Shown here piece by piece: positions 39,947-49,402 of a DNA stretch of 57,393 nucleotides (position 1 is its first letter; each line of letters opens with the position of its first letter). Below the pieces are notes generated by a model. It was not told the DNA's origin. It ran no database searches and saw nothing but the letters and a program-made list of their open reading frames with translations. The DNA comes from an uncultured Gammaproteobacteria bacterium (lineage in GTDB: Bacteria; Pseudomonadota; Gammaproteobacteria; UBA4575). The position numbers were made by a program, and so were the translations under genes. The stretch spans positions 1 to 57,393 of the forward strand of contig CALJEX010000037.1 in assembly GCA_938074525.1 (NCBI GenBank), written 5' to 3'.

Positions 39947-40034
39947 ACCTCGTATATTTTTCCCTTTAAGTCATCACTGCTATGTAACGAGCACTAGCAA
40001 CACATTAGGCTAGTTACATTCGTGTAGGAGAGAT

Positions 40035-41549
40035 ATGTCTATTGCGACGGTATACAGTCGTGCGCAAACTGGTATGCATGCCCCGCTGGTTTCTGTCGAA
40101 GTGCATTTATCTAACGGTTTGCCTAACTTCTCAATTGTTGGGCTTCCGGAAACAGCAGTGCGCGAAAGTAAAGACAGAGTGCGAGCTGCAATTATCAATT
40201 CCAATTTTGAATTTCCAGCACGCCGTATCACAGTTAATTTAGCACCGGCTGAATTGCCCAAACAAGGAGGGCGCTTTGATTTGCCTATTGCCCTTGGTCT
40301 GCTTATTGCGTCTAAACAACTTAATGAAAATCTAACACAAGGCTATGAATTTTTAGGTGAACTAAGCCTTAGTGGAGAACTACGCAAAACGATTGGTATT
40401 TTACCCGCGGCACACGCTTGCCAAATCATTGGTAGCAAACTAATCACGTCTATAGAAAACAAAAAAGAACTTATTCCGATTAATCACAATACATACTTCT
40501 GCGCCTCACATTTACTTGATGTATGTGCACATTTAAATAATATTAAAAAACTCGTTAGCGAGCACTACGAAATATCCGACCAACAAAACTTAGCACAATC
40601 ACCAATGTGTGATGTCTATGGTCAGAAACGTGCAAAAAGAGCTTTATGTATTGCAGCAGCTGGGCAACATCATGTACTTATGATTGGCTCTCCTGGTTCT
40701 GGCAAGTCTATGCTCGCTAGTCGTTTTCCATCATTACTGTCTCCGCTTAATGAAACTGAAATGCTAGAGACTTGCAGCGTGTATTCAATTGCTAACGTTA
40801 GCGGACAACAACGGCATCCACAGTCACGCCCATTTCGGTCACCACACCATACAGTCTCTGCTGTTGGTTTAGCCGGAGGAGGATCAAACCCGCAACCGGG
40901 AGAAATTTCCTTAGCGCATAATGGTGTTTTGTTTTTAGATGAATTTACTGAATTTGATCGGCGCGCATTAGAAATTTTACGCGAACCCCTTGAGACTGGA
41001 ATGATCACCATTTCTCGAGCAGCTGCTCAGGTTGAGTTTCCAGCACGATTTCAATTAATAGCCGCGATGAATCCCTGCCCTAATGGTTGCGATATTAATC
41101 AATATGGACAGTGTGAGTGTTCAGCCGAACAACTAAAAAGATACCGCAACAAAATATCAGCGCCTTTACTCGATAGAATTGATATACAGGTCAGTGTTCC
41201 TAAATTACCGACTCATACATTATTTAATTCTACTGTTACACCTCAGCAAGACTGGTGACAAATTCAAACAAATATCAATAATGCGCGCGCAATCCAAATA
41301 GACCGACAAGGAAAACCCAATGCCATTTTAGAGGGCAAACAAATGCAGCAGATATGTCAGTTACCGCAAGACGGGAAACAAAAAATATTAGAAATGTTTG
41401 AGCGTTTAAATATTAGCGCGCGTGCGTTTCATAGAATTTTAAAAACAGCACGCACTATCGCTGACTTAGAACAAACGCAAGACATCACTCAGACTCATAT
41501 CTCTGAAGCGATGTCTTATCGTCAATTTGATCGCTTATTAAAAGCGTAA
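40035..41549 (+). pseudogene. comM: comM/yifB Mg-chelatase-like AAA+ ATPase interrupted by one in-frame TGA
   Basis: ORFs 40035..41258 and 41343..41549 are in the same frame. The sequence between them is open and ComM-like (QIQTNINNARAIQIDRQGKPNAILEG). The only interruption is TGA at 41256-41258, and the total is 504 codons. Confidence 0.85.
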
Positions 41550-41566
41550 GATTTCTTCTAACGTAA

Positions 41567-42043
41567 TTACTTAAGCATATGGTCGACTGCCGCTTTGATC
41601 GCGTCATCCGACATATCTGCTCGTCCGCCTTTTGCAGGCATTGCACCGATGCCATTGATGGCATTTGCGTACAAAGTATCGTTACCTTTAGCAAGACGTG
41701 GCGCCCATGCGGCAGCATCACCTGGCTTAGGCGCATTAAGTACGCCCGCAGTGTGACATGAAGCACACACTTGCTGGTACACCTGATCTCCACTTAAGTC
41801 GGCAGCAGCCATTTGTGTTGGTGCTGCGGCAACAGCTGACGCACCAATCCCTTCAGGAACACTGCCAATGTAGACTTCACCTACCGGCTTGACTCGTTCT
41901 GCGACGGCTTTTTGTACTCGCAAATCTGATCCCATTGAATCATCATTGGACAAAATATTAGCAATCACAAGAATTGTAATAGTAAATCCTGTTAAGCCGA
42001 CTAATACGGCCATAAACATCGTTGTAAACTGTCTATCTTCCAA
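41567..42043 (-). CDS. membrane-anchored cytochrome c5-family protein
   Basis: 158 aa with an N-terminal TM and the heme motif CASCH followed by ...GIGAMPAKGG. Confidence 0.85.
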   Translation of the reverse strand: MEDRQFTTMFMAVLVGLTGFTITILVIANILSNDDSMGSDLRVQKAVAERVKPVGEVYIGSVPEGIGASAVAAAPTQMAAADLSGDQVYQQVCASCHTAGVLNAPKPGDAAAWAPRLAKGNDTLYANAINGIGAMPAKGGRADMSDDAIKAAVDHMLK

Positions 42044-42560
42044 GTTAACTCCTGATCAATATACTTGCCTAAAAATTTAGGTCGCGATTATAAATCATAT
42101 ATGTCGTCACCACCACGTGATAAGCACGACCGAATTCGATTAGTTTTTACTTAATCTATACTCTTTAGTTATCGAACAATGACAAAAACCTGTAATGATT
42201 AGTTACAAAATGATGCATTGAGGTGGTTATAAGGCCACCAACTCTTATATTTCCGTCAATTTAACGCCGTTTATCAAATGAGCTATCGTCCTCATCTAAG
42301 CGACAAATATAACTTTACATATATAGCGCTATGCTCGGTCTATTCACCAGGATGTGACTCAGGACAAGACCTAAGTATGCGAGCAGACTTACGCAGAAAA
42401 ACAAAGTGTATCTTCTTCAGGATAATCAACGCGACAGCTAAAGCATCTGGTAATGAGCCTTTTGATAACAATGATGAGTATGTCATTGATCGAAAAAATG
42501 CAGCTCCGTTTTCACTATCTCCCAGTACTTCGAATAAATCTCGCTATTAATGGCTAGAAA

Positions 42561-43208
42561 CTATTCGCTGCTATTAGCTGTCAGTTCATTAATCACACCG
42601 ACTAATTGCTCATAACCACCTGCTTCTGAAGCAGAGGTCTTATATTTTCCATCAATGATGACTGCCGGTACACCAGTAACTTGATACTGACGAATGAGCT
42701 GCTTAGCGCGGTTAATTTTGGTTTCTACCGCAAATGATGCAAAGCTCTCTCTGAATTTTGCTTCATCGATATCGTTCGCCGCTAAGAATCTCGCCATAGA
42801 GTCTAGATCATGCAACCCTCGACCCTGCTCATGTATTCCACTGAACAGTAATTCATGACCTTGTTCTAACTTATCCATCAACTCTAACGCATAATAAGCG
42901 CGAGCATGTTGTTCCCAACGAGCATTGAATATGGCTGGCACTCGCACAAAACTTATATCTTTGGCTTTAGTTTGCTTCCACTTCTTGATATGTGGCTCAA
43001 AATCAAAGCAGTGTGAACATCCATACCAGAATAGTTCCACTACTTCGTGGCGCGCATCATTTTCAACTTGTCTTGGCACCACCGAATCTAAGCTCACATA
43101 GCCCTGCCCATCTTGAGGATGGTTGTGACTATCGGCAGCGATTGCTACTGGGCTAAGCATTAGAAACGCTAAGAGAATACCTGTGATCTTTAAAAATTTA
43201 TCCATCAT
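42561..43208 (-). CDS. dsbA: thiol:disulfide interchange protein DsbA
   Basis: 215 aa with a signal peptide, the active site FWYGCSHCFDFEP, and VTGVPAVIIDGKY. Confidence 0.92.
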   Translation of the reverse strand: MMDKFLKITGILLAFLMLSPVAIAADSHNHPQDGQGYVSLDSVVPRQVENDARHEVVELFWYGCSHCFDFEPHIKKWKQTKAKDISFVRVPAIFNARWEQHARAYYALELMDKLEQGHELLFSGIHEQGRGLHDLDSMARFLAANDIDEAKFRESFASFAVETKINRAKQLIRQYQVTGVPAVIIDGKYKTSASEAGGYEQLVGVINELTANSSE

Positions 43209-43323
43209 TATCTATCCAGTTAAACTATCCAAGTTGGTTGTTTATCGCTCAAAAATATCTATATGCTTGATTACACTGACTTTTAGAACATGTTGAAAAT
43301 GGATAGTTCCACGCTTTACCTTG

Positions 43324-43944
43324 TTAGTGCAAACCCTGAATGTACTGTGCCAAGGCTTTAATTTCAGTGTCCGTAAGACGCTCAGTAACGCTGACCATAA
43401 TAGATATAGCAGGATTAATGTCTTTTTCTAAAGTCGGGTCAATTGCACGATATGCGACCAATCTACTCTCTGTATAAGCTGCGTGTTGGCCACTCAACTT
43501 AGGAAATTTAGCAGGTAAATTGCCAGCACCATTTGGAAGATGACAAGCTGTACATGCAGTCACGTCTTTATCGATTATTCCACCACGATAAATCGCTTCA
43601 CCCATTTCTACTAATTCAGGATCTGCTGCACCTGGTGTCCCTGTTTGTGCTGCGTAATATGCGGCTAAATCAAGCATATCCTGCTCGTTCAAGGCTGCAG
43701 CTTGTGGTGCCATTAATGCATTAGCACGTGTTCCATCTTTAAACATCTGTAATTGTGCGACTATATAAGGTGCACCTTGTCCGGCTAATTTAGGCCAAGT
43801 TGGATTGACGCTATTACCGTCTGCGCCATGACAGGCAGCACATGGAGCTGACTTAGCTTTGCCTGCTTCAGCATCCCCTGCTGCAAATAATGAATGACTA
43901 CCAAATACGAATAGTAGAATTAATAACTGGATAGAAATTTTCAT
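43324..43944 (-). CDS. diheme cytochrome c4
   Basis: Signal peptide plus two heme motifs, CAACHG and CTACHL. ATG 43944 is the likely start. Confidence 0.9.
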   Translation of the reverse strand: MKISIQLLILLFVFGSHSLFAAGDAEAGKAKSAPCAACHGADGNSVNPTWPKLAGQGAPYIVAQLQMFKDGTRANALMAPQAAALNEQDMLDLAAYYAAQTGTPGAADPELVEMGEAIYRGGIIDKDVTACTACHLPNGAGNLPAKFPKLSGQHAAYTESRLVAYRAIDPTLEKDINPAISIMVSVTERLTDTEIKALAQYIQGLH

Positions 43945-44055
43945 GTGACCTTCCCAAAAGTGCATAATCTAAGTTAAACAACCCACGCACCTTTCAGTGC
44001 GGGCGCTTTGTATACCATAAAACTATAAGGCCTCGCAAAAATAGCCCCAATAATT

Positions 44056-44661
44056 ATGGATTTTAAAAATCAATTAGCCAATACCGCATTCTACACTAGC
44101 GCCTCGTCTGCAGACTCATTACCTCCCGATGAAGGCTATGAAGTCGCGTTTGCAGGACGCTCAAATGCGGGAAAATCTAGTGCAATTAATCGCCTATGTA
44201 ATCAAAAAAGTCTGGCGCGTACGTCTAAAACACCAGGACGAACTCAGTTGATCAATTTTTTTAGTGTCTCACCGCTCAATAAACTCACAGATTTACCTGG
44301 GTATGGTTATGCAAAAGCGAGTCATAGTAAACAACGGCAATGGCTAGAATTACTTGAATACTACTTCACCCACCGGCAAGCACTAAAAGGTACGATTATT
44401 GTGATGGATATTCGTCATCCATTCCAGGATGCTGACCAGAAAATGATCGACTGGTGCATTCATCACCACTGTGATGTCCATATATTATTAAATAAGTCAG
44501 ACAAACTTAGCCGCAACAAAGCAAACAACCAGCTGCAAACTGCTAATAATATGCTATCCAACTATCAAGCGGGATCGATGAGCATTCAACTCTTCTCCGC
44601 AATGACTGGTCATGGTATGGACGAGGCAATGAGCAAGATTTATGGTTGGTTTGGAAAGTAG
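44056..44661 (+). CDS. engB: ribosome-biogenesis GTPase EngB/YihA
   Basis: 201 aa with GRSNAGKSS (G1), DLPGYG (G3) and NKSDK (G4). Confidence 0.93.
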   Translation: MDFKNQLANTAFYTSASSADSLPPDEGYEVAFAGRSNAGKSSAINRLCNQKSLARTSKTPGRTQLINFFSVSPLNKLTDLPGYGYAKASHSKQRQWLELLEYYFTHRQALKGTIIVMDIRHPFQDADQKMIDWCIHHHCDVHILLNKSDKLSRNKANNQLQTANNMLSNYQAGSMSIQLFSAMTGHGMDEAMSKIYGWFGK

Positions 44662-44670
44662 ATAAAATAG

Positions 44671-44698
44671 CCCTGAAGCAAGTTGTATTGCTTCAGGG
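44671..44698. terminator. convergent-gene stem-loop between engB and the polA-side transcript
   Basis: 10-bp stem CCCTGAAGCA / TGCTTCAGGG with an 8-nt loop. A U-rich tail (CTATTTTATC) is present only on the minus strand. Confidence 0.55.
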
Positions 44699-44800
44699 AA
44701 ATATATCAGGCTTGGAATTGGGGAGACCAAGCCTTCCGCTCAGGGAGGGAAGCGGTTAGTGCATTATCTGCACATGGTAATTAGGACTTAGTTACTCAGG
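44699..44800. ncRNA. candidate structured small RNA (strand unresolved)
   Basis: Consecutive hairpins at 44708-44734, 44736-44755, 44759-44773 and 44777-44795. The loops read GGGGAGA, CAGGGAGGGA and GGACT on the plus strand, which is UCUCCCC, UCCCUCCCUG and AGUCC on the minus strand. No ORF is present. It occupies the polA-engB gap. Confidence 0.4.
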
Positions 44801-44820
44801 ATTAGTTCAAAAAAATGATA

Positions 44821-45177
44821 TTAAAAACTTTTCTGTATATACACACCATAACTCTCATCTTCGACTTGCCCCAATTGGTTTGGACTTCGGGATTCATAGT
44901 CATAATTTTCAGATAGCGCTTTATGCAATGAATCATTGGTGAATACACCAATTTTAGTTTCTGCTTCAGGCAATGGAGCAAATTTGATTTCTTCTTGTTC
45001 ATTGCCTTGATAGTAAACCGCAATTCCAGAAGATAAATTCACCCATTTTTGCGATGTATTAGTCTGCCCTGCTTCGACGCCATGATATAAATTTAATAAC
45101 TCTTCACGCTGCAAATCTAGTGCAAATGCTGAAGTACTAAATAGCAGTGATGTCCCCATTATAATATTGCGAATCAT
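44821..45177 (-). CDS. hypothetical small secreted protein
   Basis: The likely start is ATG 45177 behind GAGGA, giving 118 aa with the signal peptide MIRNIIMGTSLLFSTSAFA. The track ORF extends to 45327, overlapping the polA end. Confidence 0.5.
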   Translation of the reverse strand: MIRNIIMGTSLLFSTSAFALDLQREELLNLYHGVEAGQTNTSQKWVNLSSGIAVYYQGNEQEEIKFAPLPEAETKIGVFTNDSLHKALSENYDYESRSPNQLGQVEDESYGVYIQKSF

Positions 45178-45313
45178 ATTCTTATCCTCGTCCTGTTTGA
45201 GTCCTTTCTCACATCTCAATCTTCCGTTGAGTAGGTAAGCGTTGTTGGGGAGAATTATAAGAATCCGTTTAGACTCTAGTGGCTGGACAGGATTAATGGT
45301 TCTAGCAATACGA

Positions 45314-48028
45314 TCAGTGGGCCTCATCCCAGTTCAAACCACTATTAGCATCTACCACTAAAGGCACACTCAAGTCTGCAGCAGAAACCATACGTGAAAC
45401 GATGTTTTGCTTAGCTTTGTCTAAAAATGTGCTCTCTATCTCAAAAACCAGTTCGTCATGCACTTGCATGATCATGGTAGCAGGCGTTTTTGGCTTATTA
45501 ATCCATTCGTCAATGCTAATCATAGCGCGCTTAATTATATCGGCCGCACTACCCTGCATAGGTGCATTAATTGCTGTGCGTTCAGCATATTGACGACGCT
45601 GTGCGTTGCGCGAATTGATTTCTGGTAAATACAAACGACGCCCAAAAATCGTTTCTACAAACCCCTGCTCACGCGCAAGCTCTCGCGTTTCATCCATATA
45701 TCTTTTCACACCAGGATAGCGTTCAAAATATAAGTCTATATATTGTTGCGCTTCGCCTCGATGTACGCCTAATTGCTTACCTAAACCAAAAGCAGACATT
45801 CCGTAAATTAATCCGAAATTAACTGCTTTAGCAGCACGGCGTTGTTCTTTAGATACCTTATCCAGACTCACAGAAAATACTTCAGAAGCAGTAGCGCTAT
45901 GCACATCTTTTTCTTCAGCAAAGGCAGCAACTAGTCGTTCATCTTGCGAAAGGTGAGCCATAATGCGCAATTCAATTTGTGAATAGTCGGCCGCTAACAA
46001 CACCTTCTTTTTAGCTGGAATAAATGCTTGGCGAACACGTCGCCCTTCTTCAGTACGGATAGGAATGTTTTGTAAATTAGGATCAGTTGAAGATAAGCGC
46101 CCAGTTGATGCCACTGCTTGATGATATGACGTATGCACACGACCTGTTGACTGACAAATTTGCTGAGGCAATTTTTCAACATAGGTTGTTTGTAATTTCT
46201 TTAATGACCGATACTCAAGAATGAGTTTAGGTAATTCATAATCATGAGCTAACTCTTGCAATACATCCTCGGCCGTTGATGGCTGCCCTTTAGGTGTTTT
46301 ACGAATTACAGGAAGCGCTAACTGTTCAAACAATATTTTCTGTAATTGTTTTGGTGAATCCAAATTAAATTCTTCACCGACCAGTTCATAAGCTTGTTTT
46401 TCGAATTTATCCAGCTTTATAGACAACTCTTTACTTTGCACACTCAATAAATCAGCATCAATTAACACGCCGTTGCGCTCAAGTCTTGATAGCACAGACA
46501 CCATGGGTATTTCGGTATCTCGATACAACGCGGCTTGTTTATCTAAGCTAGATAATTGTGGCCAAAAAAAGTGATGCAGCCTTAAAGACATATCGGCATC
46601 TTCAGCTGCATAATCTAAAGCAACATCAAGTGAAACCTTGTTAAAGGTTATTTGTTTTGCTCCCTTTCCAGCGACATCTGCAAACTTAATATTTTGATGA
46701 CCCAAATATAAATCGCATAAAGTGTCTAGGTCATGCCGACTCGCAGTAGAATTCACCATATAAGATTCAAGCATCGTGTCATGCTTAATTCCTGCCAACT
46801 GAACATTGTAGCGCGCCAACACAGATTGATCGTATTTAAGATTATGTCCCACCTTGGCAATATCCGGGTCCTGCAAAATATCGGTGAGTTGATTTAATAT
46901 AAACGCTAATGATAGTTGTCTGGGTGCATCATCATAATCATGTGCGATTGGCAAATACGCCGCCTCACCTGCTTTCACTGAGAAAGACATCCCAACTAAG
47001 TTGGCGACCATGTAATCTAAATTGTCTGTTTCTGTATCAAACGCGAATAACTCAGCTGTTTTTAATTTTTTAATCCATGCGGTCAACTGTTGATGCGTAA
47101 GAATGAGTTCATACTCGGCCTTATCTGGCACTGGCGTCAAACTGGATTGTGCATCACTTGATTGATCATCAGCAATCTCTTCAACTTCATTCAACCAAGT
47201 TTTAAAATTTAGTTCGGTATATATCTTTTTCAGCGTTGCATTATCTCTTTCAACAATTTGCAAATCATTCACTGCAATATCTAATGCCACATCATTTTTA
47301 ATCGTGGCTAACTCATATGAAAGTGGTAATTGATCCACAGCCGCACGTAGCTTGTCTCCGATTTTACCTTTCACTTCATCCGCATGATCAATCACGCCTT
47401 GCATAGTTTCAAATTGCTGCAACCACTTAACTGCCGTTTTAGGCCCAACACCAGGCACACCTGGAATGTTATCCACCTTGTCCCCCATCAACGCTAAGTA
47501 ATCAATAATCTGTCCGGGCGTGACGCCAAATTTCTCCTCTACACCGTTCACATTCATGCGTACATCACTCATGGTGTTGATTAAGCTAATGCGCTCATCA
47601 ACCAATTGCGCCATATCTTTATCTCCCGTAGAAATCAGCACTCGATAATTTTCCGCAGCAGCAGCTTTAGCTAATGTGCCAATCACGTCATCGGCCTCCA
47701 CATCAGGCACAGTTAAAAGAGGGATGCCTAACGCCTCAATTAACTGGTGCAAGGGAGCGATTTGCACTTGTAAATCATCAGGCATCGGAGGACGATTTGC
47801 TTTGTAATCCTTATACATTTTATGACGAAATGTTTTCCCCTTTGCATCGAAGATAACAGCGACATTTTGTGGTTGTTCTTCTTCGATCAACTTGCGCACC
47901 ATACGTACCACACCATACACCGCACCTGTCGGAGTACCTTCATGGTTAGTCAAAGGAGGCAACCCATGAAATGCTCGATACAAATAAGAAGAACCATCAA
48001 CTAGAATTAATAAAGGTGTTTTAGTCAT
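45314..48028 (-). CDS. polA: DNA polymerase I
   Basis: 904 aa with 5'-3' exo, 3'-5' exo and polymerase domains (DYSQIELR, RRAAKAVNFGLIYG, QVHDELVFE). Confidence 0.96.
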   Translation of the reverse strand: MTKTPLLILVDGSSYLYRAFHGLPPLTNHEGTPTGAVYGVVRMVRKLIEEEQPQNVAVIFDAKGKTFRHKMYKDYKANRPPMPDDLQVQIAPLHQLIEALGIPLLTVPDVEADDVIGTLAKAAAAENYRVLISTGDKDMAQLVDERISLINTMSDVRMNVNGVEEKFGVTPGQIIDYLALMGDKVDNIPGVPGVGPKTAVKWLQQFETMQGVIDHADEVKGKIGDKLRAAVDQLPLSYELATIKNDVALDIAVNDLQIVERDNATLKKIYTELNFKTWLNEVEEIADDQSSDAQSSLTPVPDKAEYELILTHQQLTAWIKKLKTAELFAFDTETDNLDYMVANLVGMSFSVKAGEAAYLPIAHDYDDAPRQLSLAFILNQLTDILQDPDIAKVGHNLKYDQSVLARYNVQLAGIKHDTMLESYMVNSTASRHDLDTLCDLYLGHQNIKFADVAGKGAKQITFNKVSLDVALDYAAEDADMSLRLHHFFWPQLSSLDKQAALYRDTEIPMVSVLSRLERNGVLIDADLLSVQSKELSIKLDKFEKQAYELVGEEFNLDSPKQLQKILFEQLALPVIRKTPKGQPSTAEDVLQELAHDYELPKLILEYRSLKKLQTTYVEKLPQQICQSTGRVHTSYHQAVASTGRLSSTDPNLQNIPIRTEEGRRVRQAFIPAKKKVLLAADYSQIELRIMAHLSQDERLVAAFAEEKDVHSATASEVFSVSLDKVSKEQRRAAKAVNFGLIYGMSAFGLGKQLGVHRGEAQQYIDLYFERYPGVKRYMDETRELAREQGFVETIFGRRLYLPEINSRNAQRRQYAERTAINAPMQGSAADIIKRAMISIDEWINKPKTPATMIMQVHDELVFEIESTFLDKAKQNIVSRMVSAADLSVPLVVDANSGLNWDEAH

Positions 48029-48101
48029 ATGTAAAAGTAATATTTCATTATTGTAGATAAGCGTATAGCAACGTTATCATGTACACTCGCGCAAGGGAAA
48101 A

Positions 48102-48830
48102 TTGAAGATGGATAATAAAACACAAAAACAAGCACTCACCGGCCCTGGCAGCTCAAGCTTACTCTCACGTGAAAGTTGGAAAATTTTCCAGATTATTGCT
48201 GAGTTTGTTGAAGGCTTTGAACGTCTGTCTAAAATCGCACCATCAGTAAGTATTTTCGGTTCTGCACGTACACCAACTAACCATGCTTTTTATAAACTCA
48301 CTGAAACAATTGCGCGAGAATTATCCGATGCCGGCTTCACCGTAGTGAGTGGCGGCGGCCCTGGTATTATGGAAGCTGCCAACAAAGGTGCCTTTGCAGG
48401 CAAGTCTCCCAGCGTTGGTTTAAATATCATGTTGCCTAATGAACAATCAGGAAATCCATTCCAAGATATTTCATTAAACTTCAGACATTTCTTTTCACGC
48501 AAGGTCATGTTTGTAAAATATGCCTCTGCTTATGTAGTCCTACCTGGCGGCTTTGGTACACTCGATGAGCTTGCTGAGATACTAACATTAGTACAAACGG
48601 GCAAATCACGAAAAATTCCTATCATTCTAGTTCAGTCTGATTTCTGGGAAGGTTTATTAGATTGGTTTAAAGAGTCCTTACTCAAGAACGGAACTATCTC
48701 AGCTGCGGATCTAGACCTCATACAGATCATCGACGATCCTTCGGAAGTAGTGACAGCTATTTTTGATTACTATGAAGGTAGAACATTTGAGCCTTCCACA
48801 GAAGAACAAGAAAAACTTCTAGAACTATAA
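48102..48830 (+). CDS. LOG-family (TIGR00730) nucleotide 5'-monophosphate nucleosidase-like protein
   Basis: 242 aa with GGGPGIMEA and PGGFGTLDEL motifs. An alternative ATG is at 48108. Confidence 0.85.
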   Translation: MKMDNKTQKQALTGPGSSSLLSRESWKIFQIIAEFVEGFERLSKIAPSVSIFGSARTPTNHAFYKLTETIARELSDAGFTVVSGGGPGIMEAANKGAFAGKSPSVGLNIMLPNEQSGNPFQDISLNFRHFFSRKVMFVKYASAYVVLPGGFGTLDELAEILTLVQTGKSRKIPIILVQSDFWEGLLDWFKESLLKNGTISAADLDLIQIIDDPSEVVTAIFDYYEGRTFEPSTEEQEKLLEL

Positions 48831-48869
48831 TCAATACATTAACGCACCAAGCAAACACTCATTAAAATT

Positions 48870-49379
48870 GTGATGCTAGAAAAAACTCAGTCTCTCATTA
48901 ATAATTTTAACGAATGGATTGGGCGCAGCGTTGCATGGTTTATTATCGCCATGGTTATCATTACATTTTTTAATGTGGTGATGCGTTATGGCTTTAATTT
49001 TGGCCTGATCGCCATTCAAGAAAGTGTTATCTATCTGCATAGCTTCGTATTCATGCTAGCAATTGCTTACACTTACAAACATAACGAACATGTCAGGGTA
49101 GATATTTTCTATTCTAAGTATTCTGACTCACAAAAAGCATGGACCGACTTTCTCGGCACTGTGTTTTTATTATTCCCATTCTGTATTTACTTAATATTTT
49201 CTAGTTGGGAATATGCGAGTAATTCTTGGCAGTTACTTGAAGGCTCACGAGAAGCAGGCGGATTACCACTCGTGTTTATCCTAAAAACATTAGTCCCCTT
49301 AATGCCTATATTACTGCTATTACAGGGCATATCCGCTATGTGTAATAGCCTAATGACTATAACTTCTAAGAGAAAATAG
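48870..49379 (+). CDS. TRAP transporter small permease (DctQ/FcbT2-type)
   Basis: 169 aa with 4 TM. Immediately upstream of the large permease. Confidence 0.8.
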   Translation: MMLEKTQSLINNFNEWIGRSVAWFIIAMVIITFFNVVMRYGFNFGLIAIQESVIYLHSFVFMLAIAYTYKHNEHVRVDIFYSKYSDSQKAWTDFLGTVFLLFPFCIYLIFSSWEYASNSWQLLEGSREAGGLPLVFILKTLVPLMPILLLLQGISAMCNSLMTITSKRK

Positions 49380-49402
49380 CCATAGAAATTATTGCTTTCA
49401 TT

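Noticed and set aside
41256-41258. comM TGA as selenocysteine or as Trp under an alternative genetic code.
   Set aside because: There is no stem-loop resembling a bacterial SECIS immediately downstream. TGA clearly functions as a stop for rph, rdgB and priA in the same window, so the standard code applies.
42278-42550. 90-aa ORF in the c5-dsbA gap.
   Set aside because: It has no RBS, an odd amino-acid composition, the opposite orientation to both neighbours, and no motif. I did not call it as a gene.
43212-43306. Short CTATCCA repeats (43212, 43225, and inverted at 43300) upstream of dsbA that resemble partial DnaA boxes.
   Set aside because: They lack the CACA half of the box. At 7 bp they are too short to distinguish from chance.
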